A stretch of 64,000 nt of DNA from Gammaproteobacteria bacterium (GTDB taxonomy: Bacteria; Pseudomonadota; Gammaproteobacteria; Eutrophobiales; Eutrophobiaceae), in NCBI GenBank assembly GCA_965221695.1, contig OZ244905.1, positions 1,248,001 to 1,312,000 of the forward strand, given 5' to 3'. This document shows, one piece after another, positions 53,567 through 62,885 of the stretch. The translations under genes were made by a program, and so were the position numbers. Numbering within the stretch: the stretch's first letter is position 1; every line of letters begins with the position of its first letter. Under the pieces are notes generated by a model, which was not told the DNA's origin, did not search any database, and saw nothing but the letters and a program-made list of their open reading frames with translations.

Positions 53567-54001
53567 TTACTTCTCAAGCTTATCCAGTAATCCCTCAAGC
53601 TGGGATTGCTCCTCGGCAGTCAGTACCGCTTTCAACTGCGCCTCGTAGGAAAGCGCCAGCGGAACGATCTGCGCATACATGCCGTAACCCGCAGCGGACA
53701 GGGACAGAATCGAACGGCGCCGGTCTGTTCCGGAAAACTCACGGTCGAGCAGGCCCTTGCCCAGCAGTTTCGTCACCGCCCGGCTGACCGGGACCTTGTC
53801 CATTTCTGTCTCATTACAAACTTCGTCGGCGGACAACCCCGGTTGCTGGCCGAGCACGGCCATTACCCGCCATTCGGGTATGCTCAGGTTGAACCGTTCC
53901 GAGTACAGCCGGGCAAACGACGCGCTGATCCGGTTGGTGACGATGGAAAGCCGATAAGGCAGGAATTCCTTCAGGTTAAAACCCGGGTTCTGATTTTTCA
54001 T
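53567..54001 (-). CDS. MarR-family transcriptional regulator
   Basis: FLPYRLS; EWRV.A.L; MDK..VSRAV..L; DRRRS.L.L. Confidence 0.93.
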   Translation of the reverse strand: MKNQNPGFNLKEFLPYRLSIVTNRISASFARLYSERFNLSIPEWRVMAVLGQQPGLSADEVCNETEMDKVPVSRAVTKLLGKGLLDREFSGTDRRRSILSLSAAGYGMYAQIVPLALSYEAQLKAVLTAEEQSQLEGLLDKLEK

Positions 54002-54034
54002 GCTGCTTTTCGAATCAAAATCGAAGGGGGCAGA

Positions 54035-54197
54035 CTAGTACTCTTTCCAGTCATTTCTAACGTGTTCAGCGGCCTGGGGCGATTGAGCGCAAGGCGCGCA
54101 GCGCAGGGAATGGTGCACTATTCTCTGCGGACTGCGCCTTGCCTTGGATCCACGGCTTCGCCCTGAACATGTCAGAAGCAACTTGAAAGGGTATTAG
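54035..54197. mobile_element. About 163-bp MITE-like element with long imperfect terminal inverted repeats
   Basis: ctagtactctttccagtcatttctaacgtgttcag ... ctgaacatgtcagaagcaacttgaaagggtattag (about 27 of 35 positions complementary). Confidence 0.6.
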
Positions 54198-54231
54198 ATT
54201 GATTATTCCGCCTGGAATCACTATCCGTTAA

Positions 54232-55566
54232 TCAAGATTTGAAATGCTTTTTCAGCTTTTGCCAGCACTCCACATAATTCCGTTGCCGCTGCGCCGACTC
54301 CAGCGCGAACCGGGTCGGTTGGATCATATACCGGGACTCGAACATGAAAGCCATCGTATCCGTTTGCTTGACCGGAACCAGCCTGGTATTGGAGGAACCG
54401 TCAAAAGCCGCATCGTCCGGCCCGTGGGCGGCCATGCAGTTATGCAGGCTGGCCCCGCCCGGCACGAAGCCTTCCGGCTTGGCGTCGTATACACCGTAGA
54501 TCAAGCCCATGAACTCGCTCATGATATTGCGGTGATACCAGGGCGCGCGGAAAGTATCCTCTCCCACCATCCAGCGCGGTGGGAAGATCACAAAGTCCAC
54601 ATTGGCTGTCCCGGCCGTGTCGGAAGGGGACGTCAGCACCGTGTAAATGGAAGGGTCGGGATGGTCATAACTGACCGTGCCCATGACGTTGAATAATTCC
54701 AGGTTGTACTTGAAAGGCAGTGAATTGCCCACCCAGGCGACCACGTCCAGGGGTGAGTGATCGATGGCGCACGCATACAGCCTGCCGGCAAACTTGCACA
54801 CCATCTCGAACTCGCCCTCACGGTCCTCGTAAGCGGCAACGGGCGCCTTGAAATCGCGGTCGTTAGCAAACCCGTCCGAGCCCACGGGGCCGCGTTCCGG
54901 CAGGCGCAAGTGGGCGCCGTAATTTTCGCAGACATAGCCGCGGCTGGGGCCGTCCGGCAATGCCACCGCAAACTTCATCCCGCGCGGGATCAAGATGACC
55001 TCGCCGGGGGATGCATCAAGCCGGCCACACTCCGTATGGATGTCCAGACGTCCCTGTTGCGGCACGATCAGCAGTTCACCGTCCGCATCGTAGAAATAGC
55101 GGTCTTCCATGGAGCGGTTCGCCAGGTAGTAATGGATGCCGCAACCGATCTGGGTGGCCGCGTCGCCATTGGCGGCAAATGTGACCAGGCCGTCAATGAA
55201 ATCAGCGGGCGCCTCCGGTATCGGGATGGGATCCCAGCGCATCTGGTTGGGCGGCGCCGGCACATCCGTGATAGGCCCGTTAACGATGTGCGTCTGCTCC
55301 AGGGGACGGAAATCGCGATGCATCACCGAGGGCCGGATGCGATAAAACCAGGTGCGGCGATTTGACTCGCGGGGCGCGGTAAATGCGGTGCTGCTGAGCT
55401 TCTCCGCATACAACCCGTAAGCCACCTTCTGCGGGGAGAACCTGCCCTGCGGCAAAGCCCCCGCCAGGGCCTCGGATTCATGCTCGTTGCCGAACCCGTT
55501 CAGGTATTCATACGCCTGCGCGGTGTCCACAACTTCTGCCACCGTTGGGCTGATAACTGTTGCCAT
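54232..55566 (-). CDS. hmgA: Homogentisate 1,2-dioxygenase
   Basis: [10 protein letters not shown]; YAE.LS..AFT.PR; W.YRIRPSV; DHPDPSI; PWYHRN.MSEFMGL. Confidence 0.98.
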   Translation of the reverse strand: MATVISPTVAEVVDTAQAYEYLNGFGNEHESEALAGALPQGRFSPQKVAYGLYAEKLSSTAFTAPRESNRRTWFYRIRPSVMHRDFRPLEQTHIVNGPITDVPAPPNQMRWDPIPIPEAPADFIDGLVTFAANGDAATQIGCGIHYYLANRSMEDRYFYDADGELLIVPQQGRLDIHTECGRLDASPGEVILIPRGMKFAVALPDGPSRGYVCENYGAHLRLPERGPVGSDGFANDRDFKAPVAAYEDREGEFEMVCKFAGRLYACAIDHSPLDVVAWVGNSLPFKYNLELFNVMGTVSYDHPDPSIYTVLTSPSDTAGTANVDFVIFPPRWMVGEDTFRAPWYHRNIMSEFMGLIYGVYDAKPEGFVPGGASLHNCMAAHGPDDAAFDGSSNTRLVPVKQTDTMAFMFESRYMIQPTRFALESAQRQRNYVECWQKLKKHFKS

Positions 55567-55601
55567 GATGAATCTCCTGCGTTACTCGTTAACATACAGT
55601 A

Positions 55602-55619
55602 TAGTTACAAATGAAACTA
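55602..55619. promoter_or_regulatory. Palindromic operator (putative MarR site) upstream of hmgA/kynU
   Basis: TAGTTACAAATGAAACTA; twin site at 57180-57197. Confidence 0.75.
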
Positions 55620-55639
55620 ATTACAACAAACCATATACA

Positions 55640-55677
55640 CAAGCCTTATACTCAAGCCTTATACTCAAGCCTTATAC
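55640..55677 (+). repeat. 13-bp tandem repeat x3
   Basis: caagccttatact caagccttatact caagccttatac. Confidence 0.9.
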
Positions 55678-55759
55678 GACACAAACACGAATTGATTTTG
55701 TCGGTACATCTCTGTACCGTTGGAACCTCTGGCTTAGTCTTTAATGGGGATGCCTGTTC

Positions 55760-57064
55760 GTGAAACAAATCAACTTTACCAACGAACACAACAGCCTGGT
55801 GGCAGCCCGGCGGTTTGACCAGGCGGATGAACTGGCCGGGCTGCGCGCCGAGTTCACGTTCCCCACGAACTCCGAAGGTGAACCCTTGCTGTATTTTGCC
55901 GGACACTCGCTCGGCCTGATGCCTAATCGCGCCCGGGCGGCGCTGAATACGGAGTGCGATACCTGGGGCAAGTACGCGGTGAAAGGCCATTTTGAGACCG
56001 ATCATCCCTGGGCGCGCTCTCATACCTTTGTCGCAGACAGTCTGGCGCACATTGCCGGTGCGCAGCCGAGCGAAGTGATCGCGATGAACACCCTCACCGT
56101 CAACCTGCACCTGATGCTGGTCAGTTTTTATCGTCCAACGCAGAAACGTTACAAGATAATCATCGAAAAAAACGCGTTCCCGTCTGATCAATACGCAGTT
56201 GACTCACAGGCCCGCTTCCATGGGTTTGACCCAGATGATGCGATCGTCGAACTGCAACCGAAACCGGGACAACTGGCCATGGACGATGCTGATGTCCTTG
56301 AGCAGATCGAGGCAGTGGGTGACGAACTGGCGCTGGTGATGTTGGGCAACTGCAATTATCTCTCCGGCCAGTGTTTCGATATGCGCGCGATCAGTGCACT
56401 GGGGCACAGCATGGGCGCGATGGTCGGTTTCAACCTGGCCCACGGCGCCGGCAATATCCTGCTCAACCTGCACGATGATGACGTGGATTTTGCGGTATGG
56501 TGCTGCTACAAGTTCCTCAACGCCGGTCCCGGCGGTATTGCTGCGGCGTTCGTCCATGAACGGCATCACGGCAAGAATGATATTCCACGCTTTGATGGTT
56601 GGTGGGGCACTAAGGAGAGCGGCCGCTTCAAAATGCGCCGCAAGATAGACCGCATCCCGACCGCGGCAGGGTGGGCCATGTCCAACCCCCCTGTCTTTCA
56701 AATGGCGGCGCTGCGCGCCAGCCTGGAGTTGTTCGATGCGGCGACCATGCCCAGGCTACGCGCAAAGAGCATCGCGCTCAGCGCTTACCTTGAATGGCTG
56801 TTACGACGAAACGCCGGCGAGTTCGTAGAGGTGTTAACACCTCCTCATTGCCCGGAGAAACAAGCCCGAGGCTGCACACTGTCCTTGCGCTTCAGAAAAA
56901 ACCCCCAGGGCATGCTGCAAGTCCTGTCCGACCAGGGCGCCATCACCGACTTTCGTGAACCGGACATCATTCGCGTCGCGCCCATCCCGCTCTATAACAG
57001 CTTTGAGGATGTCTACCGCTTCAGTGAAATTGTAGCGGAGTTTTGCGGTAATAATTTGTTATGA
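55760..57064 (+). CDS. kynU: Kynureninase
   Basis: YF.G.SLGLMP; MNTLTVNLHLML.SFYRP; AFPSD.YA; LAH..GN; DFAVWC.YK.LN.GPG; GWWG; SNPP. Confidence 0.95.
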   Translation: MKQINFTNEHNSLVAARRFDQADELAGLRAEFTFPTNSEGEPLLYFAGHSLGLMPNRARAALNTECDTWGKYAVKGHFETDHPWARSHTFVADSLAHIAGAQPSEVIAMNTLTVNLHLMLVSFYRPTQKRYKIIIEKNAFPSDQYAVDSQARFHGFDPDDAIVELQPKPGQLAMDDADVLEQIEAVGDELALVMLGNCNYLSGQCFDMRAISALGHSMGAMVGFNLAHGAGNILLNLHDDDVDFAVWCCYKFLNAGPGGIAAAFVHERHHGKNDIPRFDGWWGTKESGRFKMRRKIDRIPTAAGWAMSNPPVFQMAALRASLELFDAATMPRLRAKSIALSAYLEWLLRRNAGEFVEVLTPPHCPEKQARGCTLSLRFRKNPQGMLQVLSDQGAITDFREPDIIRVAPIPLYNSFEDVYRFSEIVAEFCGNNLL

Positions 57065-57070
57065 GACAAC

Positions 57071-57125
57071 GGGCCGCCCTTCGGGCGACACAGTTTTCGA
57101 CTGGACTCCCGCTTTAATGAGAATC
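57071..57125. repeat. Partial copy of the 16429-16517 element
   Basis: gggccgcccttcgggcgacacagttttcgactggactcccgct versus gggtcgctctccgggcgacactgtatttgactggactcccgct. Confidence 0.75.
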
Positions 57126-57154
57126 CCAAGCCTTGCCCTGTAGTTGTTTAAAGA

Positions 57155-57197
57155 TTGACTTGACTTGCGCGGGCAAGTATAGTTTCATATGTAACTA
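57155..57197 (+). promoter_or_regulatory. sigma70 promoter with overlapping palindromic operator for the FAH-maiA genes
   Basis: TTGACT-17 bp-TATAGT; the -10 box overlaps TAGTTTCATATGTAACTA. Confidence 0.8.
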
Positions 57198-57215
57198 ATT
57201 TCGAGGAGACAGTTT

Positions 57216-58208
57216 GTGAAACTCGCCAGTCTTAAACAGGGAGGGCGCGACGGTACCCTGGTGGTAGTCAACCGTGACATGAGCAGTGCAGTCAAAGCGC
57301 CAGATATCGCGCCGACCATGCAGATCGCGCTGGAAAACTGGGCAACAGCAGAACCCGCCCTGACAGAAGTCTTTGACCGTTTGCAGGCAGGAAATGTTGA
57401 AGGCGCCTTCGACTTCGACCCGAAACAGGTGGACGCGCCCCTGCCCCGCTCTTATCACTGGGCGGACGGCAGCGCCTACGTGACCCATGTCGAACTGGTG
57501 CGTAAGGCCCGCGGCGCCGAGTTGCCCGCATCCTTCTGGACCGACCCGCTGATGTACATGGGCGCTTCAGATGTGTTTCTCGGCCCCTGCGATGATGTCC
57601 CGCTGGAAAGCGAAGACTGGGGCATCGACTTTGAATCCGAAATTGCGGTCTTTACCGACGATGTGCCCGCAGGCATCACTCCCGAACAGGCAAGATCGCA
57701 TATCAAGCTGATCACCATCATCAACGATGTATCGTTGAGGAACCTGATCCCCGCGGAACTGGCCAAGCAATTCGGTTTCTACCAGTCCAAGCCCCATACC
57801 GCGTTCGCGCCAGTAGCAGTTACGCCGGACGAACTGGGCGATGCGTGGGATGGCGGCAAGATACACCTGCCCTTGCATTCCACGATGAACGGCATCAAGC
57901 TCGGGTCGCCCAATGCCGGTGTGGACAATACTTTTGACCTGCCCCGCCTGATCTCTCACGCAGCCAAGTCGCGCCCACTAACGGCGGGTACAGTGATCGG
58001 ATCTGGTACCGTATCCAACGTGGGCAGTCCGGACGGGTCGTCGTGTCTCGCGGAGATAAGATGCCTGGAAACCATTGCCAACGGCAAACCCACGACCGAA
58101 TTTATGAAATTCGGCGACCGCATTGAAATTGAAATGTTCGATGACAACGGCAATTCGATTTTCGGCCGGATCGACCAGGTCATCACCCAGTATCATCCCC
58201 CCGAGTAA
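57216..58208 (+). CDS. Fumarylacetoacetate hydrolase family protein
   Basis: GGRDG.L.VV.RD; W.DGSAY..HV; IDFE.E; NDVSLRNLIP.EL; GSGTVSN; neighbours hmgA and maiA. Confidence 0.92.
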   Translation: MKLASLKQGGRDGTLVVVNRDMSSAVKAPDIAPTMQIALENWATAEPALTEVFDRLQAGNVEGAFDFDPKQVDAPLPRSYHWADGSAYVTHVELVRKARGAELPASFWTDPLMYMGASDVFLGPCDDVPLESEDWGIDFESEIAVFTDDVPAGITPEQARSHIKLITIINDVSLRNLIPAELAKQFGFYQSKPHTAFAPVAVTPDELGDAWDGGKIHLPLHSTMNGIKLGSPNAGVDNTFDLPRLISHAAKSRPLTAGTVIGSGTVSNVGSPDGSSCLAEIRCLETIANGKPTTEFMKFGDRIEIEMFDDNGNSIFGRIDQVITQYHPPE

Positions 58209-58216
58209 ACTCTAAG

Positions 58217-58257
58217 GGAAACTCTGACTTAATCAGATGTTCCTACGGTATGAGGGT
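58217..58257. repeat. Decayed right end of the 151-bp MITE
   Basis: ggaaactctgacttaatcagatgttcctacggta, 8 bp after the FAH stop. Confidence 0.7.
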
Positions 58258-58282
58258 CCATGTTAAATTTATCGGGTAAAGC

Positions 58283-58930
58283 ATGAAACTATACAGCTAC
58301 TGGCGTTCGTCTGCGGCGTACCGGGTGCGCATAGCGCTCAACCTGAAAGGGCTGGATTATGAGGTCGTACCGGTACACCTGCTGAAAGAGGGGGGCGAGC
58401 AATACCTGGCTGAATACCGGTCGAGAAATCCCCAGGGGCTGCTCCCCGCGCTGGTGGACGGCGATATCTGTCTTGGCCAATCCCTCGCGATCCTGGACTA
58501 CCTGGAAGAGCGTTACCCGGAACCGCCCCTGCTCCCACAGACCCTGGCCGAGCGTTCTTTTGCCCGGCAATTCTCCCTGGCCGTTGCTTGCGACATCCAC
58601 CCGCTGAACAACCTGCGCGTGCTGAAATACCTGAAGCAGACGATGCAACAAGAGGATGAAGCAAGGAATGCCTGGTATCACCACTGGATTAAGACCGGTT
58701 TCAGCGCGCTGGAACAACTGCTGAACGGCAGAAACCGGCAAGGCCCTTATTGTCTCGGCAGACAAGTCACCATCGCTGATGCCTGCCTGGTACCACAAAT
58801 GTATAATGCCCGCCGCTTTGAAGTATCCATGAACGACTACCCCAACCTGGTTGAAATTGAACAGGCCTGCATGGAGCTGGAGGCATTCCGGCAAGCGGCG
58901 CCGGAAAACCAGGTAGACGCGAATACTTAA
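58283..58930 (+). CDS. maiA: Maleylacetoacetate isomerase (GST zeta)
   Basis: LYSYWRSSAAYRVRIALNLK; CDIHPLNNLRV. Confidence 0.97.
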   Translation: MKLYSYWRSSAAYRVRIALNLKGLDYEVVPVHLLKEGGEQYLAEYRSRNPQGLLPALVDGDICLGQSLAILDYLEERYPEPPLLPQTLAERSFARQFSLAVACDIHPLNNLRVLKYLKQTMQQEDEARNAWYHHWIKTGFSALEQLLNGRNRQGPYCLGRQVTIADACLVPQMYNARRFEVSMNDYPNLVEIEQACMELEAFRQAAPENQVDANT

Positions 58931-59010
58931 GAAAGCGCTGAACAAGCCCATCCGGGACTTGTCAGAGCACGCACATCCCTGTACCGTTAGCGCCCCTGAC
59001 TTAATCCTAA
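58931..59010. repeat. Internally deleted 151-bp MITE derivative at the maiA stop
   Basis: TTAA|gaaagcgctgaacaagcccatccgggacttgtcagagcacgca joined to catccctgtaccg...ctgacttaatc. Confidence 0.8.
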
Positions 59011-59023
59011 AGAGAAGCAAACC

Positions 59024-59722
59024 ATGTCCGGATTTGACAAAGTTGTAAGCAGCTATGCCAAGGCGCTGGACGGCCTGCAGGACGGCATGACCATCATCGC
59101 CGGCGGCTTCGGCCTGTGCGGCATCCCCGAAGGCTGTATCGCCCGAATCAGGGAGATGGGCGTCTGCGACCTCACTATTGTTTCCAACAACTGCGGCGTG
59201 GACGACTTCGGCCTGGGCCTGTTGCTGGAAGGCAGGCAGATCAAAAAAATGGTCTCGTCCTATGTGGGCGAGAATGCCATCTTCGAGCAGCAGTTTCTTG
59301 ACGGCGAGCTGGAAGTGGAACTCACGCCCCAAGGCACGCTGGCAGAGAAAATGCGGGCCGGCGGCGCCGGCATACCCGCGTTCTACACTGCCACCGGTTA
59401 CGGCACGCCGGTGGGGGAAGGCAAGGAGGTGCGCGAATTCAATGGCCGCAAGTACATCCTGGAGGAATCGGTCACCGGTGACTTTGCTATCGTCAAGGGC
59501 TGGAAGGCGGACCGCTACGGCAACATCATCTACCGCCACACCGCGCAGAATTTCAACCCGATGGCCGCCACCGCCGGCCGTATCACGGTGGTGGAAGTGG
59601 AGGAGATAGTGGAACCCGGTGAACTGGACCCCGCCGTTATCCACACACCCGGCATCTACGTGAACCGGCTGATACAAGGCGAGTTCGAGAAACGCATCGA
59701 ACAAAAAACGATCACGGAGTAA
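59024..59722 (+). CDS. scoA: 3-oxoacid (acetoacetate) CoA-transferase subunit A
   Basis: [10 protein letters not shown]; SNN.G; SSYVGEN; PQGTLAE. Confidence 0.9.
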   Translation: MSGFDKVVSSYAKALDGLQDGMTIIAGGFGLCGIPEGCIARIREMGVCDLTIVSNNCGVDDFGLGLLLEGRQIKKMVSSYVGENAIFEQQFLDGELEVELTPQGTLAEKMRAGGAGIPAFYTATGYGTPVGEGKEVREFNGRKYILEESVTGDFAIVKGWKADRYGNIIYRHTAQNFNPMAATAGRITVVEVEEIVEPGELDPAVIHTPGIYVNRLIQGEFEKRIEQKTITE

Positions 59723-59726
59723 TCCT

Positions 59727-60383
59727 ATGGCGCTTTCAAGAGAACAAATGGCAATGCGGGTGGCGCGCGAATTGCGCGATGGCTATTATGTCAATCTCGG
59801 CATTGGCATCCCCACCCTGGTCGCTAACTACATACCGGATGGCATGGAAGTGATGCTGCAATCAGAAAACGGCCTGCTCGGTACAGGGCCGTTCCCCACC
59901 GAAGAACAACTGGACGCAGACCTGATCAACGCCGGCAAGCAGACCGTGACTACCGTCACCGGCGCCTCCATCTTCAATTCAGCCGAATCCTTCGCAATGA
60001 TCCGCGGCGGCCATGTGGACCTGACGGTGCTGGGGGCGTTTGAAGTGGATGTGGAAGGCAACATCGCGTCCTGGATGATCCCGGGCAAACTGGTAAAAGG
60101 CATGGGCGGCGCGATGGACCTGGTGGCTGGCGCGGACAACATCATCGTCACCATGACCCATGCCAGCAAGAACGGCGCCTCCAAGCTGCTGCGGAACTGC
60201 TCGCTGCCCCTGACCGGCGCCGGCTGCATTAACAAAGTCGTGACCGACCTGGCCTATGTGGAGATCAACGACGGCAAATTCTGGCTCAAGGAACGCGCGC
60301 CGGGCGTCAGCGTGGACGAGATTATGGCAAAGACCAGCGGCGAAATGGTTGTGCCGGAGACCACGCCGGAGATGGAAATCTAA
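59727..60383 (+). CDS. scoB: 3-oxoacid CoA-transferase subunit B
   Basis: VNLGIGIPT; QSENG (catalytic Glu); GMGGAMDLV. Confidence 0.9.
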   Translation: MALSREQMAMRVARELRDGYYVNLGIGIPTLVANYIPDGMEVMLQSENGLLGTGPFPTEEQLDADLINAGKQTVTTVTGASIFNSAESFAMIRGGHVDLTVLGAFEVDVEGNIASWMIPGKLVKGMGGAMDLVAGADNIIVTMTHASKNGASKLLRNCSLPLTGAGCINKVVTDLAYVEINDGKFWLKERAPGVSVDEIMAKTSGEMVVPETTPEMEI

Positions 60384-60534
60384 GGAAACTCTGAACAAGT
60401 CCATCCTGGACTTGTCAGAGTACGTAAAACAAAAATGCGATTTTTGTTTTCCTCGCAATATCAATGCCTTACAGTCATTGATATTGACGATACATCCTTG
60501 TATCGTAGGAACCTCTGACTTAATCAGAGGTTCC
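60384..60534. mobile_element. 151-bp MITE, copy 3
   Basis: Flanked by CTAA (includes the scoB stop) and TTAA; IHF consensus TATCAATGCCTTA at 60459-60471. Confidence 0.9.
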
Positions 60535-60606
60535 TTAAGACGCGCCCTCCTGAATAGACCTGCGTCTGACCGGACCAGCAACGAGGTTATACCAGTCAAA
60601 CAACCT

Positions 60607-60684
60607 GTTACGTACGGAAAACGTGCAAAACATCACGTTTTTCCCACGTAAAACGTGATTCTCTGCACGTTTTCCGGACATAAC
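60607..60684. repeat. 35-bp imperfect inverted repeat
   Basis: gttacgtacggaaaacgtgcaaaacatcacgtttt-8 nt-aaaacgtgattctctgcacgttttccggacataac (30 of 35 positions complementary). Confidence 0.85.
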
Positions 60685-60835
60685 GAAGAATCTGCTGGCT
60701 TTTGCCGGCAGGTATCACCCCTCCCGGCTGGTAAGAACAACACTGATGAACCTGCGGCAGGACGGCAGGGTACTGAATATCCCGTTGTACCTGCTGCACA
60801 GGTTTCCCGGGATTGTGCTTGGCCAGGCGAACTGA
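60683..60835 (+). pseudogene. C-terminal remnant of an AAA-DUF4143 gene
   Basis: The frame reads TKNLLAFAGRYHPSRLVRTTLMNLRQDGRVLNIPLYLLHRFPGIVLGQAN*; compare FLNIPPYLV at the end of the 42867 ATPase. Confidence 0.6.
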
Positions 60836-60903
60836 GGTCGAAACAAACCTGCCTGTTGAACAGAAGCAAGACATTCTATTCCCGGTTATGATATAAGATC
60901 ATC

Positions 60904-62655
60904 ATGTCCCGTTTGCCGCGAAATTTGATGCTTGCGCTCTCCTTCGGTCAGGGGTTGGCCTTACTGTTCCTCTGGCGTGCGGGGACGGGCGAGGCATGGC
61001 TGGCGCAAATCCCGGTTGTTAACTTTCCGTTGTGGACCCTGGCCATTGCCTGGCCGGCGTTGTTGTTGCTGAGCCTGGAACAGGACAACAAGGCGCAAGT
61101 CTTCAAACTGGTCAGCGCGTTTTCACTGCTGCTCATTCTGCCGGCAACCTACATCGGTTGGCAGGCATCGCCGTTTGGTGAATTCTCAATTTACTCAATG
61201 GTGTTTATATATGTCGTGACGTTGACTGTAGGGTGTTTCAAAGCCCTGATGTATTTGCAGCAGCGCGCCACCGGTTTACCGTTAACCTATGAGCAATTGT
61301 TCACTTACTCCTGGCGCAACTTCCTGGTGACCCTGCTGGCCGGCGCGTTTGTGCTCGTGGTTAGTGGACTGTTTGCTCTTTGGGGAGGCCTGTTCAGTCT
61401 GATCGGCATTGATTTTTTCGTAACGTTATTCTCAAAAGACTGGTTCCTGCATCCGATACTCGCGGTTGCTTTTGGCATTGCCGTATTTATTTTCCGTAAC
61501 CTGACCGGTGTGATTGATAATATTACCAGCCTGCTGAGCGGAATGATGCGGCTGTTGTTGCCCCTGGTACTCGTGATTATGACCCTGTTTATCGCGACCT
61601 TGCCGTTCACTGGTCTGGCGCCGCTGTGGGAAACGGGCAGGGGAACCGGCTTGTTGATATGGTTGAACGCGGTAACGCTGTTTTTTGCCAATGCGGTATA
61701 CCAGACGGGTCGCGATTTGCCTTATCCATCTCTTGCACATCGTTTAGTCTCACTCGGCACTGCCTTGCTCCCCATCATATCGGCACTGGCGCTGTATGGA
61801 CTGTGGTTGCGGATTGATCAATACGGCTGGAGCGTCGACCGTTGTTGGGCGTTTGCGATAACGATATTGCTGGGCATGTTCTCCTGCGGTTACCTGTGGG
61901 CGATCATTCGCCGGCGTTTCAACTGGATTGCGGGCCTGGCCCGCGTCAATATCACCATGGGCTGGGTGGTGGCGCTGGTGATGTTGCTGGCAAACACACC
62001 CGTGCTCGACTTTCGTTCCATCTCGGTGGCCAGCCAACTCAATCGCGTAGAAAGCGGCGAAATCGAATTGGCAGAACTAGATTTTGTGTACCTGAAGCGG
62101 CAACTCGCCCGACCCGGTTACCTGGCGCGGCAAAAGCTGGCAGAACAAGTGGCGGATATTGACCCGGACCTGGCCGAGCGCATAACACAAGGCAAAAATT
62201 ATATTGTTGGCACAACCACCGGCTTTTGGGAACGCGTCACGTATCGACCACAAGAGTTTGCAATCCCCCAGAGCTTACAGGCGCAGATTAACGAAGGAAT
62301 GCTAGGGGATCTATGGTCTGGGAGGCGCGGGGCTTTGTCTCAAAAGCCCATATTCATTCAAGTTGATTTGAATAATGATGAGAGCCCGGAATATGTTCTG
62401 GTCAGCGTCGACGCGGTCTTCCAAGACGTGTTCGGCTTCTGTTTCTTTTTCAACGGCAATACTTGGGAGAAGCACAACATCACCCAGGTCCCCTCGCACT
62501 CTATGATAGACTATACAGCCCCGGAAACCCAGGACATTGATGTTCTGGACGACGCGTTGCGCCACGGGAACATCGAGACCGTCGCGCCAACCTTCCAGTA
62601 CCTCAAAATCGGCCAACTGGTCATAAGGGTAGTGGAACCGGCACGGACGCAATGA
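60904..62655 (+). CDS. Multi-TM membrane protein, DUF4153-like
   Basis: About 11 hydrophobic segments; LRIDQYGWSVDR; ISV.SQ..R. Confidence 0.7.
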   Translation: MSRLPRNLMLALSFGQGLALLFLWRAGTGEAWLAQIPVVNFPLWTLAIAWPALLLLSLEQDNKAQVFKLVSAFSLLLILPATYIGWQASPFGEFSIYSMVFIYVVTLTVGCFKALMYLQQRATGLPLTYEQLFTYSWRNFLVTLLAGAFVLVVSGLFALWGGLFSLIGIDFFVTLFSKDWFLHPILAVAFGIAVFIFRNLTGVIDNITSLLSGMMRLLLPLVLVIMTLFIATLPFTGLAPLWETGRGTGLLIWLNAVTLFFANAVYQTGRDLPYPSLAHRLVSLGTALLPIISALALYGLWLRIDQYGWSVDRCWAFAITILLGMFSCGYLWAIIRRRFNWIAGLARVNITMGWVVALVMLLANTPVLDFRSISVASQLNRVESGEIELAELDFVYLKRQLARPGYLARQKLAEQVADIDPDLAERITQGKNYIVGTTTGFWERVTYRPQEFAIPQSLQAQINEGMLGDLWSGRRGALSQKPIFIQVDLNNDESPEYVLVSVDAVFQDVFGFCFFFNGNTWEKHNITQVPSHSMIDYTAPETQDIDVLDDALRHGNIETVAPTFQYLKIGQLVIRVVEPARTQ

Positions 62656-62730
62656 GTCCACCACCACTACCCCTGGAAGCGTCAAAATCGGCCCATTGAC
62701 CAGCACCACACACGCAATGAGCCCAGCCCA

Positions 62731-62754
62731 TGGGAGCGCGGGTGTCCTGCTCGC
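62731..62754. repeat. Single REP-like copy
   Basis: tgggagcgcgggtgtcctgctcgc. Confidence 0.55.
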
Positions 62755-62846
62755 GTGCGGGCACAAGCCCACCAATTTATAAGCCGCCCTCCTGACGCCT
62801 CATGGTTTTAACGGATTCCCTGATTGAGATACCCGTCCACCATTAA

Positions 62847-62885
62847 ACCTTGCATTTTCAAAGTCAGACTTTTAATATGCAAGGT
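62847..62885. promoter_or_regulatory. 39-bp palindrome enclosing a promoter, directly abutting the ATG
   Basis: accttgcattttcaaagtcagacttttaatatgcaaggt; contains TTGCAT-17 bp-TAATAT. Confidence 0.7.

Noticed and set aside
58289-59704. Long antisense ORFs (also 16404-17543, 50225-51298, 47954-48916)
   Set aside because: They lie opposite well-conserved genes and are expected from GC-rich codon bias.
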